Shown: one piece after another, positions 19,207 to 27,926 of the stretch
How the letters are laid out: each line of letters opens with the position of its first letter
Position numbering within the stretch: the stretch's first letter is position 1
NCBI GenBank assembly: GCA_027317105.1
Contig: DAHVFH010000039.1
Location: 7,891 to 71,890 of the forward strand
Reading direction: 5' to 3'
DNA length: 64,000 nt
Origin: Cytophagales bacterium
Lineage (GTDB): Bacteria > Bacteroidota > Bacteroidia > Cytophagales > Cyclobacteriaceae
Notes under the pieces: generated by a model
What the model saw: only the letters and a program-made list of their open reading frames with translations
Database searches by the model: none
Told to the model about the DNA's origin: nothing
Program-made: the position numbers and the translations under genes

Positions 19207-20431
19207 ACGCTTTCATTTGTGGATGATCATCACGCAGATTCTCCGGGATGATGACAGGAACTAATTTTTCAGCGCGATCAAGCATAAAAACCAAAAAACT
19301 TCGCCAAAGCATGACCGCTGTTGGCATTTTTTCTACGATCATGGAGTACACGCTCACCGGATGAAAGGGTATGTCGCCAATGCCATCATGCCCCATGTCA
19401 TAACCATCGTATTTATCCCAATAGTTTGCATCCAGTCGGTTGGCCGTGAGCGAACCGTTGGTGGAAAGATCGAAGGTGTTGCCCACGAAATTATTTTTTT
19501 CGAACACATTTTCGATGCTGCTGGCTTGCAGTTTTACCGCCCATCCATTTTCGCGAAACTGATTGTTGGCAAACGTTCCCCGGTTGACACCTTCCAGATA
19601 GATGCCTACTGTATTTTTATAGAAACGATTATTTTCAATGATGCAATCACTAATTTCTTTTAGCAATAGGCCGTAGGCGGAAGAACCCCAGTTCTCCATA
19701 AATAAATTATTGAACATCTTCACTTTTTTTGAAAACATCACCGCGACACCAGCGCCATTGTCTTTAAATGTATTGTTGCGATACTCATCGTTGTGGGAAA
19801 ACATAAAATGTAAGCCGTAGCGCAGATTGTGATGGCTTACGTTTCCTTGAATGACCGAGTGGGTTACAAACTCAAAATAGATCCCATCGCGGTGCCCTTC
19901 AACGGTATTGTTGATAATGCGAATGCTGTCACATTTCCAGAGATGGATGCCGTTGCCGGATTGTGCATCGCGCTGGTTGCGTGCTTTCAATTTGTTGCCG
20001 GATATCAGACTATTCGTTGAGCCTTTAAGGTGGATGCCAAAAAAGGCATCTTCAATGATATTGTCAATGATCCTGAGATTTTTTACCGACTCACCCGTGA
20101 TCGCGGAAATGTCATTCACATCAGAGATGCCGGTATTGATAATTTTTAAACCTTGTAGGGTGACAAAGGGTGCTGTTAATGTGAAATTCTCGTACTTATT
20201 TTCCCCATCAATAACGGGCAACCCTTGCCCGATTAGTACCAGCGATTTATTGACGATGATATTCCCTTCTTTGAAATAACCCGATTTAATTAATAAGGTA
20301 TCACCGGGTTGCGCTTTTAAGATCGTGGTTTTGATAGACGGATTTGCACCATCTTTGCTAACTACCCAAGTTTTACCAAAAAGTAAAGTGGAAAAATGAA
20401 GTATAGTAAGCAAAAGGAAAAGGCGTATCAT
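19190..20431 (-). CDS. nosD: Periplasmic beta-helix protein NosD (nitrous-oxide reductase maturation)
   Basis: 413 aa with repeated parallel beta-helix units (N.I..N.I....GI.L) and nos cluster context. Confidence 0.85.
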   Translation of the reverse strand: MIRLFLLLTILHFSTLLFGKTWVVSKDGANPSIKTTILKAQPGDTLLIKSGYFKEGNIIVNKSLVLIGQGLPVIDGENKYENFTLTAPFVTLQGLKIINTGISDVNDISAITGESVKNLRIIDNIIEDAFFGIHLKGSTNSLISGNKLKARNQRDAQSGNGIHLWKCDSIRIINNTVEGHRDGIYFEFVTHSVIQGNVSHHNLRYGLHFMFSHNDEYRNNTFKDNGAGVAVMFSKKVKMFNNLFMENWGSSAYGLLLKEISDCIIENNRFYKNTVGIYLEGVNRGTFANNQFRENGWAVKLQASSIENVFEKNNFVGNTFDLSTNGSLTANRLDANYWDKYDGYDMGHDGIGDIPFHPVSVYSMIVEKMPTAVMLWRSFLVFMLDRAEKLVPVIIPENLRDDHPQMKAYDISS

Positions 20432-20871
20432 TTTTTAAATTGCGTTACCACTTCTCCCCAGCTCATATAAATGCCATGCCATTCTTTGTTGAATGAATCC
20501 AAATCTATTTTACTGGTAAAGGCGGCCACCTGGCCAGCCATTGGGCTTTTGATAACCGGTGATTTGACATAAAAACCATCCCGCGCATCGAACAATTCTC
20601 CAGGGTGTGCATAGTCGATCACCAACTTGTGTAAATACTCTTCTTGTGGCTCGGCCTCGGAGTTGTAAAAATTAAGGAAACAGATGGCATCATCAAATTT
20701 ATAAACTTTGCCTTTTTTGGTGACCAGTTCAGCACCAAATTTTTTGTCCATCAAAGTCATTTTACAAAACTGACAGACATCTTTTCCAAAGGTTAGTGGC
20801 TCAGGTTCCGTAGAGCATGAATTTATAAGCAGAGAAAACATTACCAAGCCGCACAAAATAATTTCCTTCAT
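20428..20871 (-). CDS. nosL: Copper chaperone lipoprotein NosL
   Basis: Lipobox LINSC, CQFCKM motif, MAGQVAAF. Located between the nosB-like gene and nosD. Confidence 0.85.
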   Translation of the reverse strand: MKEIILCGLVMFSLLINSCSTEPEPLTFGKDVCQFCKMTLMDKKFGAELVTKKGKVYKFDDAICFLNFYNSEAEPQEEYLHKLVIDYAHPGELFDARDGFYVKSPVIKSPMAGQVAAFTSKIDLDSFNKEWHGIYMSWGEVVTQFKK

Positions 20872-20872
20872 T

Positions 20873-21451
20873 CTAATTATTTTTTTTGCTTCGCCATTCG
20901 TAGACCAATAGACCGAATAAAAGAAAACTTACACCGATTAAAATCCAAGCACCAATATCGGGTCCGGAGAAAGCGGTAAAGTTTAAAAGCACCTTTGTGC
21001 CGATCAGCGGTGGTTGATACGCCATTCCTGGAATGCGAATGGGCGCATCGGGATTTAGATTGTGGCCATAGTCGTAACCCCAATTGTAAAAATCAACAAG
21101 GCCTGCTGCCCCTGCTCCCAATATTATAAGAAAATAAGCGGCAAGCATGAACCGCTTATTGACCCAGCTTACAAGCAAGCCAAACATGATAAGTGCGCCT
21201 AAGAGGTAGATCATATAACTAAATTCAGGAAACATGCTCACCTCAATCGTCTTCATACCAATGTAATGATTTAGACCACTGATTGTTTTTACGTTCCCCG
21301 TAAGGTTGTTGATCCATATTTTCATGGTAAGGCCTTCGGGATATTGTGGAGCCCACATGAGGATCTGCCAAATTGGAACGAAGTAGGCGATGATCAGCGC
21401 CAACGCACTTAGCCCAGCGGCTATCCTGGTAAAAGGTTTTAATGATTTCAT
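20873..21451 (-). CDS. NosB-like integral membrane protein (clade II nos cluster component)
   Basis: Four TM helices, directly downstream of nosZ as in clade II clusters. The start could be 21490 or the Met of MKSLKPF at 21451. Confidence 0.6.
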   Translation of the reverse strand: MKSLKPFTRIAAGLSALALIIAYFVPIWQILMWAPQYPEGLTMKIWINNLTGNVKTISGLNHYIGMKTIEVSMFPEFSYMIYLLGALIMFGLLVSWVNKRFMLAAYFLIILGAGAAGLVDFYNWGYDYGHNLNPDAPIRIPGMAYQPPLIGTKVLLNFTAFSGPDIGAWILIGVSFLLFGLLVYEWRSKKNN

Positions 21452-21505
21452 CCTAAATATTTTGAAATGACGCCTCGTACGAGGCGCCATGATTCAACCT
21501 GTAAA

Positions 21506-23503
21506 CTAATGAGCTTCTTTCGTGTCGGTATCTTCAACTACACCCGTTCCAAATTTGATGGGCACATTACTGCCAACTGGCGATACTCTTACGTAGCCCG
21601 ACATCTCCTGATGAAGTGCTGAACAAAAGTCGGTGCAGTAAAAGGGAACTATGCCTACTTCGGTAGGTTTCCATTTCAGTGTTTGGGTTTCGCCCGGCAG
21701 GACAAGCATCTCTGCATTGGCCGCACCGCGAATGGCAAAGCCGTGGGGCACATCCCAGTCTTGCTCAAGATTGGTAAGATGAAAATAGACTTCATCGCCC
21801 ATGCGTATGCCTTCGATATTGTCAGGAGTAAGGTGTGACCGGATGGCGGTCATGTAAACATGAACCTGATTGCCTTTGCGCTCCACTTTGGTTTTTCCCT
21901 CACCTTTAGAAACATAAGGATTAGTGTTTTCCTCTATCTTATAAATTTTCATCGAGTTGGGCGCGATCATATTGGCCGGAATAGATTGGGCGTAATGCGG
22001 CTCGCCAACAGTAGGGAAGTCTAATAGGAGCTGCATTTTATCACCAGAGATGTCATATAGTTGCGCAGATTGTGCTAACTCAGGTCCGGTAGGTAAGTAT
22101 CTGTCTTTCGTAATTTTATTGTAGGCCACCACATATTTTCCCCATGGCTTTTTGGTGTCACCACCGGGTATGGACAAATGACCAATGGAGTAGTAGGTAG
22201 GAACACGATCTAACACTTCAAGCGTCTTCACATTCCATTTTACAATTTCTGAAGAAATAAACATGGAGGTATAGGCATTACCCTTTTCATCAAATTCGGT
22301 GTGCAAGGGGCCAAGGCCTGGTCTTTTCACCTCGCCATGAAGGGCGGCTTCATATTTTATGACTGGCATGCCAGCAAACTCTCCTTCAAAGGCTTTGTCT
22401 GCGATAGCCTTTTGAAATTTTGTAAAGGAAAAAACGGGAATGAGTGCCGCTAATTTTCCGCTCCCCACAATGTATTCACCGGTAGGGTCTACATCGCAGC
22501 CGTGTGGCGACTTAGGACAAGGAATGAAATAGACCACGTCTTTCAGTTCAGCCGGATCGAGTTGGATCACTTCCTTCTCGAGCGTAGAAGTGGCTGTAGA
22601 ACTTTTTTCATCGAAGGTATTGTGCGTGTAATTGGATTTTACTTTTATGCCTTTTCCTTGCTTCACATATTCCGCACATTTTTTCCAGTTAACGGCCATA
22701 ATATAGTCTTTGTCTTTTTGCGAAGCATTTACTTCCAACAAAGTATAAGCTTGCTCGGTATTGTAGCAGGAGAAGAAAAACCAATCGTGGGAGGGCCCTT
22801 TGCCCGAGTGGCTCAAGTCGAAGTTAAACCCAGGTGTGCGTAATTGGAAGTCAATACTCATTCTTCCAGATTGTGGATCTACCTTAATGAAACTTACCGT
22901 TCCTTTAAAATTCTTCTTGAACGAACTGATGGGCACATCACGGTTGTCGCCCATGGGTATGCTAAACCGGGTTCCCGCTATAACATATTCAGTGTTTTCT
23001 GTGATAAAAGGGGAGGAGTGATTACCGCCACTGTTAGGCAGTTCAATAATTTCATCTGTTCTGAATGTTTTTAAATTGATGCGCGCCACACGTGGTGTGT
23101 TGTTACCGTTGGCAAAAGCCCAGCGACCGTCATGAACACCATCGGTTTCCGATAATTCAACATGGTGAAGATCGTCCCAGGGAATATAACCGCGCGAAGT
23201 TTTCAACATGTCTTTTGTTTCTTCGGTGTAGCCGTAACCATTTTCTGGGAACACAGAAAAGACAGGGATGATTTTTAATAATCGGCCGGAAGGTAGTCCA
23301 TACACACTCATCTGTCCATTAAATCCTCCGGAAACGAAATTGTAGAACTCATCATACTTACCCGGTGCTACATATACTTTTTCTGCCGCCCCGCCTTCCA
23401 CGGCAGCCTTTGGCCCTTTTGGTTTACAATTGTACAGGAATGTTGACAGCGCAACAAAGACGATGAGTCCGAATAGTATTCTAATGTTGGTTTTCATATT
23501 CAT
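21506..23503 (-). CDS. nosZ: Nitrous-oxide reductase, clade II (Sec/lipoprotein-type signal)
   Basis: 665 aa with a beta-propeller body and a C-terminal CuA cupredoxin CTDFCSALHQEMSGY. The N-terminus is MNMKTNIRILFGLIVFVALSTFLYNC, with no twin-arginine. Flanked by a cytochrome c gene and nosL/D/F/Y. Confidence 0.95.
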   Translation of the reverse strand: MNMKTNIRILFGLIVFVALSTFLYNCKPKGPKAAVEGGAAEKVYVAPGKYDEFYNFVSGGFNGQMSVYGLPSGRLLKIIPVFSVFPENGYGYTEETKDMLKTSRGYIPWDDLHHVELSETDGVHDGRWAFANGNNTPRVARINLKTFRTDEIIELPNSGGNHSSPFITENTEYVIAGTRFSIPMGDNRDVPISSFKKNFKGTVSFIKVDPQSGRMSIDFQLRTPGFNFDLSHSGKGPSHDWFFFSCYNTEQAYTLLEVNASQKDKDYIMAVNWKKCAEYVKQGKGIKVKSNYTHNTFDEKSSTATSTLEKEVIQLDPAELKDVVYFIPCPKSPHGCDVDPTGEYIVGSGKLAALIPVFSFTKFQKAIADKAFEGEFAGMPVIKYEAALHGEVKRPGLGPLHTEFDEKGNAYTSMFISSEIVKWNVKTLEVLDRVPTYYSIGHLSIPGGDTKKPWGKYVVAYNKITKDRYLPTGPELAQSAQLYDISGDKMQLLLDFPTVGEPHYAQSIPANMIAPNSMKIYKIEENTNPYVSKGEGKTKVERKGNQVHVYMTAIRSHLTPDNIEGIRMGDEVYFHLTNLEQDWDVPHGFAIRGAANAEMLVLPGETQTLKWKPTEVGIVPFYCTDFCSALHQEMSGYVRVSPVGSNVPIKFGTGVVEDTDTKEAH

Positions 23504-23515
23504 TAAAAGTTAGAT

Positions 23516-23989
23516 TTATTTTTCGCCATCATTTTTGCGCATAAATTCAAGCACATCTCGCGCATCGCCAATCGCCATATTTTGGTTGGGCATACGCATT
23601 AAACAGAGTTCTAATAATTTCTGCGCTTCTGGATCTTTCTCCAACATGACATCAGTATTGGTGATCATGTTCATGATCCATTCTGGAGCCCTCTTTTTTG
23701 TAACGCCTTGCCAGCCTGGACCAACGATGCGTTGATCTGTTAATTTATGACAGGCAGAACATTTCATTTCGTAAATGGCCAAACCACGGGTAACACGATC
23801 TTGTTCGATGGGATGGTGTAGCGTTACGTTTTTTACTGCGCCTAATCCTTTTGTGGGATTGGTTATGGCTTCCTTTAAAGCTGTCTTTTGCTGCTCCGGG
23901 GTCGGAAATTCCTCAGCATTTTTAGGCTTGTCGGGAGCGCAGGCACTGAACACAGAAATACTGAAAAAGAATACAATAATTTTATTCAT
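23516..23989 (-). CDS. Monohaem c-type cytochrome lipoprotein (NosC-like electron donor)
   Basis: Lipobox VFSAC and CSACH haem motif with a distal Met region. It is the first gene of the nos operon. Confidence 0.8.
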   Translation of the reverse strand: MNKIIVFFFSISVFSACAPDKPKNAEEFPTPEQQKTALKEAITNPTKGLGAVKNVTLHHPIEQDRVTRGLAIYEMKCSACHKLTDQRIVGPGWQGVTKKRAPEWIMNMITNTDVMLEKDPEAQKLLELCLMRMPNQNMAIGDARDVLEFMRKNDGEK

Positions 23990-24044
23990 GGTGGTTTTGA
24001 TTTTTTATTTAGAAGCGAAAGTACTTCCTGCTGGGTTTTGGCTT

Positions 24045-24083
24045 TATGATCTGAGTCATAAAAAAGTATGATTTAAATCATAC
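24045..24083. promoter_or_regulatory. Two tandem FNR-like palindromes upstream of the nos operon
   Basis: TATGATCTGAGTCATA (24045-24060) and GTATGATTTAAATCATAC (24066-24083), with centres 22 bp apart, 56-94 nt upstream of the cytochrome c ATG. A TACTTTCG (near TAnnTTTG) element lies at 24016-24023 on the minus strand. Confidence 0.6.
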
Positions 24084-24183
24084 TCAGACGAGGTTAAGGG
24101 CAGAACACCAGGTATTGTGAGGATCGAAAATTTTGTTAATGCAAGAGTGATTTTCTAAAGGCTAAAATTTGCAATCAAATTTT

Positions 24184-24936
24184 TTATTCAGCTGGTAATT
24201 TATTATGAACAATAAAACTGATGGAAAGGAGTAACGACATAGCCAAGACGGCAGGAAGCGCTATGAAGAGCCATCCTAATCCAGGTCTATTTTTACCTGT
24301 TTTGGGATCGTAATTAAAGCAAGAGAACAATATGTTTTTATTGGGTAACCGATACGTAGGTGAGTAAATATTATTGACACTACTAATTAATAAATCCAAA
24401 TCTAGTTTATCCCTTATCCCAATTAATTTTTTTGTGATATATCCTTCTTTATTTATTCCGACCAAAAGCGCATCATGGTCATATTGGCTTCGTACGCTGT
24501 CCCAGCGCGGATAAAAGCCAATGGATTGATTTAGTAACGCAATACTATCGGTAACGGCAAAAATCCATTTTTTATTGTTTTCTAATCCTAGCTTTTGCGC
24601 CAGAAGATTCATATCTCCCAACCTATCTCTTGGATCAAAACTAAGAACTAAAATAGTGAAAGGATTATCACTGTTTATGAATTGCAAATTCTCCTTTAGC
24701 TGTAATAAAAAAGGATTGCATACGCCCGCGCACTTTGTAAAAATGAGTGCTAAGAGTAGCGGCTTTTTATTATTGAGATCAGTGAAAGTAAGTTGTTGGT
24801 TTCTGCTTACGCGTATAGGGGCGTTATAGATTCTTTCGTAAATATTTGTTTCCTCCTCAATACCTGAAGCTGTTTGAGCATTCGCAAAAAACCAGGAATT
24901 TATCGTTACGAAGGTGAAAACAATATTTTTAAACAT
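24184..24936 (-). CDS. senC: SCO1/SenC-like copper chaperone with C-terminal TM anchor
   Basis: Thioredoxin-fold CxxxC (FTKCAGVCNP) with a downstream YDHDALLVGINKEGYI (SCO His motif). Overlaps the end of the heme-copper subunit I gene. Confidence 0.7.
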   Translation of the reverse strand: MFKNIVFTFVTINSWFFANAQTASGIEEETNIYERIYNAPIRVSRNQQLTFTDLNNKKPLLLALIFTKCAGVCNPFLLQLKENLQFINSDNPFTILVLSFDPRDRLGDMNLLAQKLGLENNKKWIFAVTDSIALLNQSIGFYPRWDSVRSQYDHDALLVGINKEGYITKKLIGIRDKLDLDLLISSVNNIYSPTYRLPNKNILFSCFNYDPKTGKNRPGLGWLFIALPAVLAMSLLLSISFIVHNKLPAE

Positions 24937-26345
24937 CCTTTATAAATCTTAAAAAAGAAAATTAAAATTGCAGTTAAATATATAGTAGCAAAAATGGCTC
25001 CCATGGTAGCCAAAGGTGCAGCGGCAGTAAAATCTGTTGGGTAGTTACTGTATCTGCGAGGAATTGAATCCGCTCCACCAATATAAAAAGCTAAAAGAAA
25101 CCCAATCCCACCTATCAGGAGTATTGCCAATGTTAGCTTTGTAAATTTTCCATCTTCAATATTTTTAGTAAACTGATTGGTGAACCAATAAAAGAATGCA
25201 AGGCTAAACAACACGTTTCCCATGGCGTTATAGGTGTGAAAATGTGCTGGGACCCAAAGGGTATTGTGAAGGAGGACATTGTTCGTGATGGTCGCATCAA
25301 TCACAGCTCCGAGACCTCCAATCACCCAACCTGCTACACCAATAAAAAATAGCAAGTTGGTAAGCGACCATTTTATTTCGGTACGATAGACCGCTATAAA
25401 CACACTAAACACTGTAACTCCCGCGGCAGGTAAACTTGCCAGATAGGACGCTAATTGTCCTATAATTTGGAATCCTTCAGGTTGAGCAAAATCCATATAT
25501 AAATGATGGAAAAAGGCGGTAAGGATAAAAATCAAAGTAAGGTTCCATGCCAACGCTACATACCATGTAGTTCTCCATTTTGGCCTTCCACTAACTTCTG
25601 AAAACAACTCGTAGATAACAGCTAGACCTAAATAGAGCATTTCATTCGCTATTGTATGCCCGAAAAAATAAGTAAGGTTTTTCATCAATAATGCATCATT
25701 CAAAAAATTGCCGTTTGAGAAATATTCAGCAAAAAATAGGGCGATTAGAATCACTGCGGCAAACAGACAGGTAATAATGCCAATCAGCGTAATCATTGTA
25801 ATAAGGATGAAAGGTGGTGTTTCTACTTTTGGATTTTTCCTGAAATGTTGCCAGGCGAATACTTGAGCTATCGAGTATTTTTTAAGTAATTGAGTCATCA
25901 AGCTTATACTCCAAATTAACCATCCGAGGCCAAACACCGTTAAAGAAACTAAAAAAAGTGGAGTTGCCCACGTTGCCCACATTACCTTAAATGGCAATGG
26001 ATAAAGGAAAGTCCATCCTGCATGAAATTTTCCTACGAAAGTAGTGGTCCAGAAAATCAATACACCAATAACCGTAAGCACGTAAGCGATAACATTTGCT
26101 GTGTAACTTGTTTTTACATAACGCTGCATTAAATAATTAACTGCTGCCATGCCTGCCACAAACCAAATACCAATCATGGTAAGCCCATGAGTAGTCATAT
26201 TTGAGTAAAAAGTGATAGGCGATTGTTCAATAATCTCTCCCTGGTTGAGCCGCATAAGTATGCCAAGGACGATACTGACAATGAACAAAACGAGTACAGT
26301 GATAATCCAAACAGCGGTGATTTTTTTTATTTTTATGGATTCCAT
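24906..26345 (-). CDS. Heme-copper oxidase superfamily subunit I, sNOR-like (candidate nitric-oxide reductase)
   Basis: 12-TM protein with H53 (TTHGLTM), H230 (FFGHTIAN), H280/H281 (AFFHHLY) and H368/H370 (AHFH). The helix-VI motif is H-T-I-A-N (25644-25658) rather than H-P-x-V-Y. Confidence 0.75.
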   Translation of the reverse strand: MESIKIKKITAVWIITVLVLFIVSIVLGILMRLNQGEIIEQSPITFYSNMTTHGLTMIGIWFVAGMAAVNYLMQRYVKTSYTANVIAYVLTVIGVLIFWTTTFVGKFHAGWTFLYPLPFKVMWATWATPLFLVSLTVFGLGWLIWSISLMTQLLKKYSIAQVFAWQHFRKNPKVETPPFILITMITLIGIITCLFAAVILIALFFAEYFSNGNFLNDALLMKNLTYFFGHTIANEMLYLGLAVIYELFSEVSGRPKWRTTWYVALAWNLTLIFILTAFFHHLYMDFAQPEGFQIIGQLASYLASLPAAGVTVFSVFIAVYRTEIKWSLTNLLFFIGVAGWVIGGLGAVIDATITNNVLLHNTLWVPAHFHTYNAMGNVLFSLAFFYWFTNQFTKNIEDGKFTKLTLAILLIGGIGFLLAFYIGGADSIPRRYSNYPTDFTAAAPLATMGAIFATIYLTAILIFFFKIYKGCLKILFSPS

Positions 26346-26366
26346 GATCTTATGATTTATGCATTT

Positions 26367-26918
26367 CTATTTAACTATAAAGGATGATCTCATGCCATGA
26401 TGGGCCATTCCACAAAACTCCAAGCATAGAATGTTGTACTTGCCCGGCTCTTTAAACTTATGTCGGAGGCGGTTTACATAGCCGGGCATAGCCTGAGTTT
26501 GAGTGATTAAGGTGTTTGATTGATCGTAGATTGCAAAACCATGATTTACATCGAGACTCGTAACCCTGAATTCGACCAGTTCATTAGCGGGTAATTCTAT
26601 AGGTTCGCCAGAAGGACTTTTAGGATCAATAGCCTTTTCAGAAAGGATGAAAGCAAATTGCATTGCTGACACATGAACTATTTTTTTCGGAGTTTCATCA
26701 GCAAAAAGAAAATATGGCGACTTTGGAATAGTTACGGATGCAAAAATACCCAGTACTACAAATAGGATGAGTAAAAACCAAAACCGCTTTCTTAAGGGAT
26801 TGGACATTCCTTGCTTTTCTTGTCCTGCCTTTTTTGAAGAGGCATATACGTAAGTAAAGACAACCGTGGTTATGCCAGCCAAGATTAGAAATACTAGTAA
26901 GATCATTTGTTGTTGCAT
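26367..26918 (-). CDS. Heme-copper oxidase subunit II-like CuA cupredoxin protein
   Basis: Two N-terminal TM helices, with CuA ligands in LDVNHGFAIY and CLEFCGMAHHGM. Confidence 0.8.
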   Translation of the reverse strand: MQQQMILLVFLILAGITTVVFTYVYASSKKAGQEKQGMSNPLRKRFWFLLILFVVLGIFASVTIPKSPYFLFADETPKKIVHVSAMQFAFILSEKAIDPKSPSGEPIELPANELVEFRVTSLDVNHGFAIYDQSNTLITQTQAMPGYVNRLRHKFKEPGKYNILCLEFCGMAHHGMRSSFIVK

Positions 26919-27086
26919 ATTAGATGAATTTATATCCTTAAATAAAATTATAGTTATTTCTTTGTTTTATTTGGCTTTTCCCTGTAATATTTATTTCCAA
27001 TTTGCTTACACACTAAAGTGTAACTCAACAACGCAGTCGCTACAAATGAAGCCTCCTAGATGTATATCGAATAACTAACTATCAAG

Positions 27087-27108
27087 CTTTATGATTCTGA
27101 TCATAAAG
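27087..27108. promoter_or_regulatory. FNR-like palindrome upstream of the NOR-like operon
   Basis: CTTTATGAT-TCTG-ATCATAAAG is a perfect 9+4+9 inverted repeat. It lies between the Crp-family gene stop and the subunit II start. Confidence 0.55.
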
Positions 27109-27136
27109 AAAACATCCTTAATCCATCTCGAATGTA

Positions 27137-27736
27137 TTAAACCAGAATTTTGTGTTTTTGCAAACGAAGCTTGCCAGCGGCTTCTAATTTTTTAACTGTT
27201 CGGATAATGGTTTCTACCCGCAAGCCCGTCATGTCGGCCATTTGTTGGCGTGTCAATGAAATTAGAGACTGTGCCCGGTAATCCGTATTACCCCTGGTTT
27301 CATTTTTCAGCCGATTCAATAAATTTAGTACCCTGTTTTCGGGACGATCAAAGGCAATCGAAGCGAGCGCTTTATTTTTATTGCGAAGGCGTTCACATAA
27401 AATCTGATCCAGCTTTAAATGGAGGTCAAAATTATTTTTGATTAAATCGAAAAAATCTTCTGTCCTCATCTTCCATATGCTTGAATTTTCTAGTGCAACT
27501 GCAGTGCTCGGATAAGGAAATTTGGAAAGGATCGGAGGTTCACCAAAGCTTTCTCCTTTGTGGGCAATTCCCTGAATAAATTCCTGCCCTTCATCACTGC
27601 GTGAGATCATTTTAACAGCGCCTGTTTCGAGTTGAAAATAATGGAAGGCATCTTCTCCTTCCCTAAAAATAACAGCTCCTTTTTTGAACTTAATAAGTAT
27701 CGCATGATAGGTCTCAAGAATTTTTCTTGCTATCAT
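27137..27736 (-). CDS. Crp/Fnr-family transcriptional regulator (Dnr/NnrR-like, no N-terminal Cys cluster)
   Basis: cNMP-binding-like beta-roll (FREGEDAFHYFQLETGAVKM) and a C-terminal HTH LTRQQMADMTGLRVETIIRTVKKL. It lacks the FNR Cys motif. Confidence 0.85.
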   Translation of the reverse strand: MIARKILETYHAILIKFKKGAVIFREGEDAFHYFQLETGAVKMISRSDEGQEFIQGIAHKGESFGEPPILSKFPYPSTAVALENSSIWKMRTEDFFDLIKNNFDLHLKLDQILCERLRNKNKALASIAFDRPENRVLNLLNRLKNETRGNTDYRAQSLISLTRQQMADMTGLRVETIIRTVKKLEAAGKLRLQKHKILV

Positions 27737-27909
27737 TTTACATGAGGGTTAGCATCTTTACTTTCCGTTTTCTTATCCTCAAAAAGCATCCGCACAGACG
27801 GCCCATAGGTGTCGTCATATTGCCCGGTTTTCATGTTCCAGATAAAAGCGCCTAGAAAGGCTATGGCAATGGTAAGCGAAATGAAAATGAGCAGGATGAT
27901 GATTTCCAT
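27733..27909 (-). CDS. ccoS: CcoS/FixS (cbb3-type oxidase maturation protein), 58 aa, absent from the ORF track
   Basis: Minus-strand translation gives MEIIILLIFISLTIAIAFLGAFIWNMKTGQYDDTYGPSVRMLFEDKKTESKDANPHVK. One TM helix plus the GQ(Y/F)DD signature. It lies directly downstream of ccoI, and its stop overlaps the regulator's ATG (ATGA). Confidence 0.8.
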   Translation of the reverse strand: MEIIILLIFISLTIAIAFLGAFIWNMKTGQYDDTYGPSVRMLFEDKKTESKDANPHVK

Positions 27910-27926
27910 GTGGCTTGCTTTAAAAG

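Noticed and set aside
21506-23503. NosZ as a Tat-exported clade I enzyme.
   Set aside because: The N-terminus has no twin-arginine motif and ends in a lipobox-like LYNC. The gene is flanked by a cytochrome c gene and a nosB-like membrane-protein gene, with no nosR or nosX. All of this points to clade II.
24066-24089. The distal nos box read as an intrinsic terminator for the upstream senC operon (minus strand AGTATGAT-TTAA-ATCATACT followed by TTTTTT).
   Set aside because: This is possible but unlikely as the sole role. The stem is short and AT-only, and the same half-sites recur at five other loci, most without a correctly placed T-run, which favours a protein-binding site. A dual role cannot be excluded.
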